Assembly: GCA_965222605.1 (NCBI GenBank) | Contig: OZ244960.1 | Location: 5,504,001-5,568,000 of the forward strand | Source: Candidatus Latescibacterota bacterium | Lineage (GTDB): Bacteria; Latescibacterota; UBA2968 | Direction: 5' to 3' | Length of the DNA: 64,000 nucleotides | Part shown: positions 50,097 through 59,433 of the stretch, piece after piece | How positions within the stretch are numbered: position 1 is the stretch's first letter | Layout: the number at the start of each line of letters is the position of its first letter | Notes under the pieces: generated by a model | Database searches by the model: none | Seen by the model: the letters and a program-made list of their open reading frames with translations, nothing else | What the model was told of the DNA's origin: nothing | Made by a program: the position numbers and the translations under genes

Positions 50097-51200
50097 TCAT
50101 TCGCAGTACGGCACAGCCACGCGCTCCCCATTGCACATGGCCGATTCGTGTGCGCAGACGCCCGCAGCAGTCCAATTCGCTGCTGTGAGAACGTCCACAG
50201 TCGGAGGACGATGCTCGACGATGCTTCGGACGAACTCGTGGGCCATAGGGATCCCGGTTTGGCGTCGGATCCGGCTGGTGCGCACAACTTCCGCAATTGC
50301 ATCGGGCACCAGGTCAGCCATTGGGGGTAGGTCCATCCTCTCGATGGATACCGTGCGGCCCCGCTGACCATCAGGGAGGACACCGGCTTCCGCTTCGAAC
50401 ACCACGGGATCCTCGCCCGCAATCTGGGGCGACTCGAAACTCAGGCGGCTACCGTAGAGGTAGAAACGGTCGCTCAGGAAGCTTCGCGCAAACCGGTGGA
50501 AAGACGCTGTTATCTCACAGATCGCATCCAACCCTGTGAGTTCGAAGACTGCACTCTCCGTGGTATACGGGCTTCCGTACTGCCGTTCTTCTTCGGGGAG
50601 CGTTCCTGAGCCCCTGCACTGGACACCCGCCACTGTGCAGCCTGTCACATGAAGCAGGGGCCCAAGTCCGTGATAGCAGTAGTACATTGGCGGCAGGCCG
50701 CGCCAGTAGTCGGGCCAGCCTTCCATGTTCTGATAATGAACACCACGCATTAGTTGTAGGTCCCCAAACGCTCCGTCCCGGTACAGTCGCCGGACGTACA
50801 GACAGGCAGCAGAGGCGATTTCGGTCTCCATCAACATGTACGTCTGCCCGGTCTCCGTCTTGGTGGCGACCACACGGTCCACGTCTTCCAGACTGAGTGC
50901 CATGGGAATGGCACATGCGCAGTGTTTGCCCGATTTCATCACGGCGATTGACTGTTCCACGTGCAGCGGAATCGGTGTTACCAGATGCACTGCATCGTAT
51001 TCATCTGATGCCAGCACTGAAGCCAGGTCGCCGTGTCTCCGCTTGATTCCGAGTTTATTGCCGACGGTGTTCAGCAGCGTTTCATCCGGTTCGCAGATAC
51101 CGACGTGTGCCACATCCGGAAGAGCCGCGTATGCGGCCGCCCAGGTTTGTCCGAAGTTTCCGAGTCCCACAACGGCGATACGGATCTTTCCAGCAGTCAT
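50097..51200 (-). CDS. Gfo/Idh/MocA family oxidoreductase
   Basis: VVGLGNFG, GKHCACAIP, YMLMET. Confidence 0.87.
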   Translation of the reverse strand: MTAGKIRIAVVGLGNFGQTWAAAYAALPDVAHVGICEPDETLLNTVGNKLGIKRRHGDLASVLASDEYDAVHLVTPIPLHVEQSIAVMKSGKHCACAIPMALSLEDVDRVVATKTETGQTYMLMETEIASAACLYVRRLYRDGAFGDLQLMRGVHYQNMEGWPDYWRGLPPMYYCYHGLGPLLHVTGCTVAGVQCRGSGTLPEEERQYGSPYTTESAVFELTGLDAICEITASFHRFARSFLSDRFYLYGSRLSFESPQIAGEDPVVFEAEAGVLPDGQRGRTVSIERMDLPPMADLVPDAIAEVVRTSRIRRQTGIPMAHEFVRSIVEHRPPTVDVLTAANWTAAGVCAHESAMCNGERVAVPYCE

Positions 51201-51234
51201 CTTTTCATCTCCATTGATAATACCAAAGATCTAC

Positions 51235-51289
51235 CGGTCAATATGAATACAATATTGGGCTGCTTTGTACTGGTCACAAAGACCTCCTT
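51235..51289 (-). repeat. RBS plus first 14 codons of the sulfatase at 42487-43848 (5' stub)
   Basis: Matches 43806-43860 with 1 mismatch in 55 bp. Confidence 0.9.
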
Positions 51290-51378
51290 TAATCACCTCG
51301 GGTACTCGCGGCCTGTGCAATCGGGCAGCGGACGTTGCGAAGCGATTCTTCTTTACTTTCGACCATAAAACCATGCCG

Positions 51379-51891
51379 TTATGTAGGCTTCTGGTTCTCC
51401 TTTGAGTACTGCCAGAGAGCTTGATCCAGCGTTCGCATATCGAGCCCAGATTGATGGGCAATGCTACGACAACAATTGACGTAGGACTGCCAGAAATCGA
51501 AATTATAGTTGGACGGTTTATCGACCAAAAGCGTCCACAGAGCTCGAAAATCGATGATCGGATATGGATCTTGATGAAAAAAATGAAGGATCACTGAAGC
51601 CATCGGCCACTGGACCCCATCGAGGAGAGTCAGTATCTCAATCCGTGTTCTCTCATTTTCGGCCCCAAGCGCGATCGCCGTAATTTCTCGCACAAATTCT
51701 TCGGAATTTCGCGCTATTAAGTGGTCAACACGGTGCGATTTCCATCGTGCTACTGAACGAAGCTCATCCTTCGTGAGATATCCGCGATCTCGAATCCCTT
51801 CTTTAAGACCAGAGAGATCTATCTCGTCGGACTCGTATCTCTGAGCTAGCGGCTTCAGGTCAACTATTTTGCAGCGCAATCTGGGCTTCAT
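51379..51891 (-). CDS. hypothetical protein, HhH DNA-glycosylase-like, cassette-type
   Basis: WKS, LDGVQWPMASVILH, PIIDFRA, RTLDQALW; stop overlaps an ACATAAC R''-like box. Confidence 0.65.
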   Translation of the reverse strand: MKPRLRCKIVDLKPLAQRYESDEIDLSGLKEGIRDRGYLTKDELRSVARWKSHRVDHLIARNSEEFVREITAIALGAENERTRIEILTLLDGVQWPMASVILHFFHQDPYPIIDFRALWTLLVDKPSNYNFDFWQSYVNCCRSIAHQSGLDMRTLDQALWQYSKENQKPT

Positions 51892-52051
51892 TCGAACTCT
51901 TTGTATAATTATTGCCTATACCGGAAAATCTCGGAATATCCGAAGCACGCTGTCCTTGCGCGACGCAGAACAGCGCGACGGACAGCATCACTGATGCAGC
52001 AAGTTGTGAGGATAGAGACATAAGCCTGCATCCGACAGAGAAGACTTTTTT

Positions 52052-52111
52052 CTTCTTTTTTTACTAATTTCAGCGATGGTATCGCCAGTTATTTTGATGA
52101 TATGGGTATCT
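52052..52111 (-). repeat. peptidase M55 3' stub
   Basis: Matches 49254-49313 with 5 transitions in 60 bp. Confidence 0.88.
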
Positions 52112-52220
52112 CCTCCCACGATGTATCACCTAACAGCCCGTGAAGCCCACATGCTTTAGCTGTGGGAGTGTAAGGGCTTCCGGTTATAGCTTTAGCGTAT
52201 AACAAGGCTGGAAAACCACC

Positions 52221-52249
52221 TTGATGACCGAAAATATATTGAGTATATT
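52221..52249 (+). promoter_or_regulatory. putative promoter for a leaderless tnpB mRNA
   Basis: TTGATG-N17-TATATT, 7 nt before ATG 52257, no RBS. Confidence 0.5.
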
Positions 52250-52256
52250 TCTCAAT

Positions 52257-53348
52257 ATGAAACTAACACTTCAAATACAACTGTTACCGGACGCCGCCAC
52301 AGGCCAGAAGCTAAAAGCCACTATTGAGCGGTTCAACGAAGCTGCCAATTGGCTTGCTCCGAAGGCTTATGAGCGCAAGCTGGCGAATAAGTTTGCACTA
52401 CAAAAGCTATACTACTCAGACTTACGCCACTTGTTTGGTCTCTCTGCACAAATGGCTATTCGCTGTATTGCTCAAGTTGTAGAGGTGTATAAGCGCGATA
52501 AAAAAGTGCAGCCTTCGTTCCGTAAGCATGCAAGCATACCCTATGATCAACGCCTGTATAGTTTCAAGGGCATAGACAAAGTATCTCTGCTTACCCTTGA
52601 AGGCCGCGTGTTTGTGCCAATGTTGATGGGCAACTATCAGCGTGAGCAGTTCGGCTATGCCAAAGGACAGGCAGACCTTGTGCTCCGCAAAGACGGCAAG
52701 TGGTTCTTGCTTGTCTCTGTAAATGTCCCTGATGGTACGCCAATACCTACCACTGACTTTGTTGGCGTCGATCTCGGGACAACAAACCTTGCAGTAACAG
52801 ACGATGGTGAAACATTTTCTGGCGACACTGTTGAAAATGTCCGACAGAAGATGCACGATCTGAAAAAGTCGCTCCAACAGAAAGCGTCTGCCCTTGTCAA
52901 GCAAGGCAAGAGACCCAAGAATGTTCGCAGAAAACTCTCTGTTATCTCTGGCAGAGAGAGCAGGTTTCGTAGAAATACCAACCATATCATTTCCAAACGT
53001 ATCGTTGAGAAGGCTAAAGACACTGGCAAGGCCATTGCCCTTGAAGACTTGAAAGGCATACGCAAGAGCCAGAAACGGTTTCGCAAGCCTCAGCGTGCTA
53101 AAATGTCTGGGTGGTCTTTCTTCCAACTCCGCACATTCATTGAATACAAAGCAAGACGGGCTGGCATTTCCGTGATCCCTGTGGATCCGAAATACACCAG
53201 CCAAACTTGTGCCGAGTGTGGACATTGCGAGAAAGACAATAGACATACCCAGGCATCCTTCCTTTGCAAAGTATGTGGTCACAAAGACCATGCCGACCTC
53301 AACGCCGCTCGGAATATCCGAGCAAGGGCTTTGTGTCAACAAGCCTAA
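52257..53348 (+). CDS. tnpB: RNA-guided endonuclease TnpB
   Basis: RuvC D (GVDLG), E (ALEDL), D (HADLNAA) and CxxC..CxxC zinc finger all intact. Confidence 0.95.
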   Translation: MKLTLQIQLLPDAATGQKLKATIERFNEAANWLAPKAYERKLANKFALQKLYYSDLRHLFGLSAQMAIRCIAQVVEVYKRDKKVQPSFRKHASIPYDQRLYSFKGIDKVSLLTLEGRVFVPMLMGNYQREQFGYAKGQADLVLRKDGKWFLLVSVNVPDGTPIPTTDFVGVDLGTTNLAVTDDGETFSGDTVENVRQKMHDLKKSLQQKASALVKQGKRPKNVRRKLSVISGRESRFRRNTNHIISKRIVEKAKDTGKAIALEDLKGIRKSQKRFRKPQRAKMSGWSFFQLRTFIEYKARRAGISVIPVDPKYTSQTCAECGHCEKDNRHTQASFLCKVCGHKDHADLNAARNIRARALCQQA

Positions 53349-53426
53349 AGTTGCCGAGTGCATTTATGCACGAGCGACAAGCCCAACTGCTTCAGCGTTG
53401 GGTAGTTGACGTTGTCAAAATACATG
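53230..53426 (+). ncRNA. predicted omega/reRNA of TnpB (5' end approximate), guide about 53411-53426
   Basis: Expected from TnpB biology; stem-loops after the stop codon are conserved in structure with the second copy. Confidence 0.55.
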
Positions 53427-53498
53427 ATTGTGGGGCGCTCCTGCAAGCAGAGATGCGCCCGCCCTTCTTCCAACGAGAGATGCTCTGTCCAATTGCGT

Positions 53499-53527
53499 TT
53501 GACTTCGGCATGGCCACTCCCTATCTT
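53499..53527 (+). promoter_or_regulatory. sigma70-like promoter for the sialidase-like gene
   Basis: TTGACT-N17-TATCTT. Confidence 0.45.
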
Positions 53528-53582
53528 GCCCTCTGGAAGATATTTTGCTACCTGGATCGATTTTTTTCGGAGGATTGGACGG

Positions 53583-54848
53583 ATGGCGGCTAAACCGAGT
53601 TTTCGCAAGCCAGCGCCGGAAGGGGTGGTAGAACTGACCGACATCGGTACTGGTACAGGCAATGGGATGGTGGTCTTAGACGATGGCTCCCTGATGATGG
53701 TTGTGGGGAGTCACTGCCATATCTCGACCAATGGCGGACAGACCTGGGGCGAGTCGCGGCCGTTGAACTGCGAGGCGATGGGAAGTTCGTCCAACCTGTC
53801 GTGTATAAAGATGCAGTCGGGCAAGCTGGCGCTGGCGCACCGGGGTAGGGAGGAGGCGGGACGGGGGACGGAGATGTTCAACTGGAATCCCTTTTATCTG
53901 TCGGTGTCTGAAGACGAAGGCCAGACCTGGGCGGGCGCGTGGCCGATGCTGCTGCTGGGCGGGCCGTACCACGATGCGATGATTCAGCTGTCGAGCGGGC
54001 GGCTGCTGATGCCCAGCCGGATCTGTCACAGCAACAACCAGCACCCGGGTTTGGAATACGAGCGGGTGAGTAGTTACGGGACCTGGAAAGGGCTGCGGTT
54101 GCAGGTAAGCGGACATTATCACTATCCGGAGGTAGATATCGCCGCGGTGAGTTATTCGGACGACGAGGGACAGACGTGGCAGCAGTGCCAGGGGCAACTG
54201 ATGGGCTGGTTCGACGCGGAGGGCATTCCCAACGGGCGCGGAGGAATCACGGCGGTGGATGAACCGAGTGTGGCGGAATGCGCGGATGGGCGGGTGATGC
54301 TGCTGGCACGATCTACTGTGGGGCGGCTGGTGCAGTGCGCCAGCGAAGACGAGGGCCAGACCTGGACGCCGATTTTGCCGAGTGATCTGGCGAGTTCGTA
54401 TTCGCCGCCGAGGCTGCGGCGGATTCCGAGCACGGGCGACTTACTGTGTGTGTGGAACCAGGTGTCACGGGATGAGATCAAACGGGGCTATCGGCGGGGG
54501 AGACTGTCGGCGGCGATTTCCAGGGATAGTGGCGCGAGCTGGGAGCGGTTCAAGACAATCGAGGTGAGCGACGGTATGGAGGACGTGGTGCGGGTGATGC
54601 CGCAGGAGCCGATTACGCCGGTGGTCGGGTTGCCCGATGTGGGCGCGCTGCCGGAGGGTTTCGCCACCTTCGACTATCCCAATGTGTGGTTTGCGGGCGA
54701 TAAGGTGTACCTGACCTACCACCGGAGCTGGGTCGAAGTGGACGAGGACGCCGGGGAAGCGGTGACACTGGGGGAACGGAAAGGGAGGGCGAGAAAGCCA
54801 CGCGAGATGGTGCTGCGCATTTATCCACTGGCGGAGTTTTACCGCTGA
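53583..54848 (+). CDS. BNR/Asp-box sialidase-like protein
   Basis: Five Asp-boxes (STNGGQTW, SEDEGQTW x2, SDDEGQTW, SRDSGASW); GGAGG RBS. Confidence 0.85.
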   Translation: MAAKPSFRKPAPEGVVELTDIGTGTGNGMVVLDDGSLMMVVGSHCHISTNGGQTWGESRPLNCEAMGSSSNLSCIKMQSGKLALAHRGREEAGRGTEMFNWNPFYLSVSEDEGQTWAGAWPMLLLGGPYHDAMIQLSSGRLLMPSRICHSNNQHPGLEYERVSSYGTWKGLRLQVSGHYHYPEVDIAAVSYSDDEGQTWQQCQGQLMGWFDAEGIPNGRGGITAVDEPSVAECADGRVMLLARSTVGRLVQCASEDEGQTWTPILPSDLASSYSPPRLRRIPSTGDLLCVWNQVSRDEIKRGYRRGRLSAAISRDSGASWERFKTIEVSDGMEDVVRVMPQEPITPVVGLPDVGALPEGFATFDYPNVWFAGDKVYLTYHRSWVEVDEDAGEAVTLGERKGRARKPREMVLRIYPLAEFYR

Positions 54849-54849
54849 A

Positions 54850-55154
54850 GCGTCAACGATTTTTGCATTCATATTCATGATCCCGCCGCCGATTTTCTCG
54901 ACCCAGTGTTCTTTGTTGTAACTGGCAAATCTGTACAGAGGCCCTACGTGATTCATTCCAACTGGAATAAAGGGTTCGCCATCACCGTTAACCATGGTCC
55001 AAATCCCTCCTGCCTTCTCCAGGTGGACAAATTCTTTGTTCCCGATGATTCTAACTGCGTCTTCCTTGCCGATCTGAGCAAACGAATGGCTAAACCCGAC
55101 TGTACAAAACAAGAAGAGCGTTGTTGCTCTGAATAGAGTTTGTGAAAGTATCAT
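54850..55154 (-). pseudogene. 5' fragment of a secreted glycoside-hydrolase-like (GH50/agarase-like) gene
   Basis: Signal peptide, EKAGGIWTMVNGDGEPFIPVGMNHV, truncated against the convergent gene. Confidence 0.6.
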
Positions 55155-55167
55155 AACTGTTTCCTCT

Positions 55168-55446
55168 TTAAGGAAAATGAGCAACTGTCTCGCCGCTCTC
55201 ATCAAGAAATTCTAATCTGGCTGTACCTTCTGGTTCAACAGAAAGTCTTATTCGGATACGCCCCTGTCCATCGTATAAACTCACAAGAGCAAGATTATTC
55301 TTTTTGCCGACAAAAACTCGCTGCGCATAATGGTTTTCTACTTCCAGACGTTTCAATGCGGCTTCCTTTTCTGGACCTTCAGGAAGATTCGAGAGGCGTT
55401 GGAATTCCTCACCCCACTCGTTTATGGGCATTTCGGGACGATCCAA
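55168..55446 (-). pseudogene. 3' fragment of a hypothetical protein
   Basis: LYDGQGRIRIRLSVEPEGTARLEFLDE looks like a C-terminal motif; no clear 5' end. Confidence 0.5.
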
Positions 55447-55477
55447 TGTTCACTCGATGTCATGGAAAGCTCTCCTT

Positions 55478-55957
55478 TCAAATTTTTTTACAAAATTCCT
55501 GTCCCAGTCGGCAGGTAAGGCGCACAAGTCCTTCCTCACCCGGTATTTCAGATTCTTCAGAAAACCCTACTGATCTGAAGCAGGCCAGACTTGCCACGTT
55601 CTTTGGCTCGATTTCTGCGATCAGCGCGGAAGCCCCGGCGATTTCCGGACGCCGCTTGAGCAGATGGAGAATGCGCCGACCATACCCGCGTCGCCTTGAT
55701 CCTGGATTCACAACGAGGTACACACTCCCTACTTCTTTCTCGATTTCGCAAAGGACAAGACCAACTGTCTCGCTCTCTTGCACTGCGATCCAAGCATAGT
55801 ATTGTGGCTCTGATTTGATGTAACTCACCAACCTGTCGGAAGGCTCCTCAGCCCATCTTTTGGTATCTGGATCGCTGAACCAGTTCTTGATTACCGGCAA
55901 ATGTGAATGGTCGAGCGGCTCAAAGATCAACTCAGGCTTCTGTCGATTGCGACCCAT
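55478..55957 (-). CDS. GNAT family acetyltransferase
   Basis: VNPGSRRRGYG, NVASLACFRSVGF. Confidence 0.85.
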   Translation of the reverse strand: MGRNRQKPELIFEPLDHSHLPVIKNWFSDPDTKRWAEEPSDRLVSYIKSEPQYYAWIAVQESETVGLVLCEIEKEVGSVYLVVNPGSRRRGYGRRILHLLKRRPEIAGASALIAEIEPKNVASLACFRSVGFSEESEIPGEEGLVRLTCRLGQEFCKKI

Positions 55958-55973
55958 TGATTTCCCCGTTCTG

Positions 55974-56108
55974 TTACCCCAAGACCCCTCTGGAGACCAG
56001 ATAGGATTCGAGCGTCTCTACGGTTGTATAGTGATGGGTATTCAGCCCAACGGAAATAGCAGTTTCGACGTTTGGCAGCCTGTCGTCGATGAACAGGGAT
56101 TCCTCTAT
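55974..56108 (-). pseudogene. HAD phosphatase 3' stub
   Basis: Manual translation EESLFIDDRLPNVETAISVGLNTHHY...VLG*. Confidence 0.72.
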
Positions 56109-56145
56109 GGTAGGCGTTGCGCCTATCAGGAGCAAGATAAACGCT

Positions 56146-56183
56146 AAAGAAAATCCCCGTCAAATAACCTATTGAACGGGGAT
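56146..56183 (-). terminator. rho-independent terminator
   Basis: ATCCCCGT(T)CAA stem followed by a T-rich tract on the minus strand. Confidence 0.55.
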
Positions 56184-56213
56184 CTATATCACAAAACCTG
56201 CTCTATAATAAAC

Positions 56214-56423
56214 TCAGGTAACCCGCTCTCTTTGTTCACTTGGATGAAGCGAAAGATACTCTCTCACCTCGAGATTCATCCGATCTATTTCGGCCAGATA
56301 GCCTCCTGCCGATAACCAATAGTTCTGTGGATTGGTTTCGACCTGTCGAAGCTTTTCTACTTGTCGCTGAAAATACTGGATGCGTTCCTTGGTCGCCTCA
56401 AGCTCTTGATCGTTCTGAATCAT
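56214..56423 (-). CDS. small coiled-coil protein, partner of the upstream nucleotidyltransferase-like gene
   Basis: 69 aa, overlaps the upstream ORF. Confidence 0.65.
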   Translation of the reverse strand: MIQNDQELEATKERIQYFQRQVEKLRQVETNPQNYWLSAGGYLAEIDRMNLEVREYLSLHPSEQRERVT

Positions 56424-56871
56424 CGCTGATCACCTCTATTATTCCACGTCGTGTTTTGTCCCGCTTGATCTGCCAGTGTTCCAGTGCCTCCTGATCTCCG
56501 TCGATCGCAGCCAGCCGCCGTATCCAAAAAACACTGGCACCTTCTAAATTTTGCACGGCCAAATGGTCGAAAATAATCGCAGCCTCACCACCTACCTGAT
56601 TGGAATCAAACGAATCCTCCATCAACATAAAAATGTCTATATCACCAGGATAGGGTTTGGCCGTGACAAATGAACCAAACACTACAAATCTTGCTACCTG
56701 TCCAGTATTGGAGGCCAATCTATAGATGCGTTCCAGGCGCTGTCCAATCAGGCGGCGCTGGACAGTTCCTGTTCCAACAGGCAAGAGGTAATCGTCAATG
56801 CCATCACACTTCACGAGTAAGAGGCCATCTTGCGTGATCAGAATCCCTGAGATACGATCGATAGTCTTCAT
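56398..56871 (-). pseudogene. chimera of a NUDIX-like 5' stub and the 3' part of a DUF6932-like nucleotidyltransferase-fold gene
   Basis: ISGILITQDGLLLVK..YLLPVG, then FGSFVTAKPYPGDID. Confidence 0.6.
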
Positions 56872-57722
56872 TATTTTCTCACAAAAGCCAGTTTACCACT
56901 CATCCAGATTGCTATCAAAAAAACTCATAATAACCCTGGAATCCGGCCTATCTATATTTTCACTCCTGCCTACTGGACAATCGCTTATATTCAAGAAATT
57001 TCTCTTGAACCAACCCTTTTGCGAAGAGATCTTTGCTCAGATCAAAGCCTTCCTTGATCGAATCTGTTCGTCCAAAACAGTAGAAAGCTGCACCGGCATT
57101 CAAACAGACCAGATCCAGAATCGGTTCGGGGGTCTGGTACTGTAAAAGAGATAGGAAGATTTCTGCATTCTCATCACTATCACCACCTGGAATCTTACTG
57201 TAATCCCGTTTAGCTATCCCAAAATCTGAAGGCGAAATCTGGTATTCTCTGGTCACACCTTCGGCTACTTCAAAGATATGAGTGTGCCCAGAAATAGAGA
57301 TCTCATCAATCCCTGGCTCTCCGACAACAATTAAGAAGCGTTTACGCCCAAGATGGCGGAGCACTTCTACCAGTTGTCTGCCCATATCGACATCAATTGT
57401 TCCGAGTATCTGATATTGAGGATTGGCAGGATTGCATAACGGAGCGCTGAGATTGAAAATCGTCCTCCTGTCAACCATTTGTCTGGCGGTCACAACTTTT
57501 TTCATTACTGGATGGTATGTGCGGGCAAATAGAAAACATACATTCGTTCTCTTGAAAATGTCCTCCAAACGGTCATCTCTGAAATCAAACTCACAGTTGA
57601 GTTTCTCCAGCAAATCAAAGCTTCCATTCGGTCTCTTTGAGCCTTTATTGCCGTGTTTCACCACGGGAACGCCGCCAGCAGATAAAACGAACGCGGCGGT
57701 TGTAGATATGTTGAATCGATTT

Positions 57723-59433
57723 GAGTGTGTATCAAAAGCAAGGCGTATGAAGGGTATAAGAAATAGGGAATTAGAATCGTGTGCAAAACATGATAGGACT
57801 CCTATATTGGCAAACATTCCGTTAGCAAAACCATGTTTGCTTTCAAAAGGAGCCCTACCATGATGACAATATACGAAAAAGAAGCCTTGTTTGACCAGTT
57901 GGATGAAGAGTTTTCTCAAATCAAAAGGTTCGTTTGCCAAGCCGCAGGTCAAGTCGAAGTGCATGAAGTAGAGGGGAAGGTTTTTCGCCAACTTCAAGAT
58001 TTGGGTCGCCAACTATTATCCCGTTTTGTCCAATTATGTGGCACAGGGTATGAGGCAAACGGTTTCAAAGAGCAAGGTAAGGGTCAAAAGATGCGCTACA
58101 AAGGTTGCCAATCGGTCTCGTATCTGTCCATCTTTGGGTCTATCCCCATCTGTCGTGCGGCCTATGCCCGTGCCGATGGGAGCTATTTCTACCCCTTAGA
58201 TGAGCACTTGAATCTGCCAGCTCACAAATACTCTTATCTGCTGTTAAAATGGTTGGCACAAGATGCGGCACAGCACGACTTTCGCCAGGCGGTGGCACGC
58301 TTCAATCAGATTTTCGATCTGTCTTTATCCGCCTCATTACCGCAGCGTTTGGGGGATGAGATCGCCGCATATGTCACGCCATTTTATGACGCACAGCCCG
58401 CGCCTGACCAGGATTTGGAAGGGAGCCATTTGGCTATGAGTGCCGATTGTAAAGGTGTACGCATCCTAAAATCTGAACGGGCAGAGGGCGCGCTGGACAC
58501 ACCTGCTTGTGCCAGACGAAGGCGCGGTGAAAAACCGAGCCTGAAGAAAGATGCGGTTGTCGTAACCGACTTTTCATTTTATCCGCAAGCACGCACCGCA
58601 CAAGAGATAGTCAAAGGCCTCCTCAATCAGTTTACCCAAAAAGAGAAAGACCAAGCCCGGAAGAATCGCCAAAAACGCACCGCATTGGGACTTTGCCACC
58701 CCCGCGAACCCATCCACAAGCATGTCTTTGCCACCATGAACGGGAAAAAAGAGGCTTTCGAGCATCTTATACGACACGTCCATAAACGAGACCCAACCCT
58801 TGAAAAACCGATCATCGCCCTAATAGATGGCGAACCGGCTTTAGAACGCAGACTCAAAGAATGTCTCGAAGCCTACAACATGACGGATCAACTTGATGCC
58901 ATTATCTTGGATATTATCCACGCGACGGAATACCTGTGGGATGTCGCCACCTGTTTGTATGGCGAAAAAAACAAAAAACGCACCGATTGGATGCAAGACA
59001 AATTATACGCCTTGACAAGCAGACCCGTCGGGTATCTCATCGGCGCACTCCGACAGATGATGACCAAGAATAAAATCCGATTTTCTACCTCACAGAAACA
59101 GGTGCTAAAAAAGACCATCACCTATTTTGATAACCACCGTCATATGATGGACTATGCCACCTATCTGAAAAAAGGATATCCTATCGCTACTGGCGTCGTC
59201 GAAGGAACCTGTGGCTCCTTAGTCAAAGACCGAATGGAACAATCCGGCATGCGATGGTCTCTCTCTGGTGCACAAGCCATTCTTGCTCAACGCGCTGTTG
59301 TCAAAAATGACGATTGGAACGCATTTTGGAACTTTTATATCGACTCTGAACACCAACGGTTATACCCCAAGGTAGGATACAAAACGCTATACCAACGAGC
59401 TGCTTAAGCTTGCCTGTCATTTTGTACACACTC
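57723..59433 (+). mobile_element. ISKra4-like insertion sequence
   Basis: TIRs starting GAGTGTGTA at both ends; 9-bp TSD AATCGATTT at 57714-57722 and 59434-59442. Confidence 0.92.
57860..59407 (+). CDS. ISKra4-family DDE transposase
   Basis: SADCKG, IDGE, LDIIHATEYLW, GYPIATGVVEGTC..VKDRMEQSGMRW. Confidence 0.88.
   Translation: MMTIYEKEALFDQLDEEFSQIKRFVCQAAGQVEVHEVEGKVFRQLQDLGRQLLSRFVQLCGTGYEANGFKEQGKGQKMRYKGCQSVSYLSIFGSIPICRAAYARADGSYFYPLDEHLNLPAHKYSYLLLKWLAQDAAQHDFRQAVARFNQIFDLSLSASLPQRLGDEIAAYVTPFYDAQPAPDQDLEGSHLAMSADCKGVRILKSERAEGALDTPACARRRRGEKPSLKKDAVVVTDFSFYPQARTAQEIVKGLLNQFTQKEKDQARKNRQKRTALGLCHPREPIHKHVFATMNGKKEAFEHLIRHVHKRDPTLEKPIIALIDGEPALERRLKECLEAYNMTDQLDAIILDIIHATEYLWDVATCLYGEKNKKRTDWMQDKLYALTSRPVGYLIGALRQMMTKNKIRFSTSQKQVLKKTITYFDNHRHMMDYATYLKKGYPIATGVVEGTCGSLVKDRMEQSGMRWSLSGAQAILAQRAVVKNDDWNAFWNFYIDSEHQRLYPKVGYKTLYQRAA

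Larger units (their letters stand above)
52130..53410 (+). mobile_element. IS200/IS605-family tnpB-only (IS1341-type) element
   Basis: Left hairpin CCCAC..GTGGG preceded by GAAG, with TCAC just outside; right hairpin CCCAAC..GTTGGG preceded by CAAG, element ending in TGAC; no tnpA. Confidence 0.85.

Noticed and set aside
51900-52000. Hairpin GCTGTCC..GGACAGC and an ATTATAC box upstream of the 51379-51891 gene as an attC site
   Set aside because: Lacks the GTT core and matching L boxes; too degenerate to call.
12707-52111. Diverged gene-end repeats as DGR template/variable repeats
   Set aside because: No reverse transcriptase seen; mismatches are mainly synonymous and not adenine-specific.
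53406-53582. Extended N-terminus of the sialidase-like ORF starting in the IS end (similar over-extensions at 1467, 15441, 26676, 43926, 63613)
   Set aside because: Better RBS-supported starts lie downstream; the extensions overlap other features.
56960-58012. 350-aa ORF in the track
   Set aside because: Artefact: antisense IS sequence read into the 3' part of trpD.
59297-59306. 10-nt match of the predicted TnpB guide (GTTGTCAAAA) inside the ISKra4 transposase
   Set aside because: Too short, and not preceded by the predicted TCAC TAM; compatible with chance.
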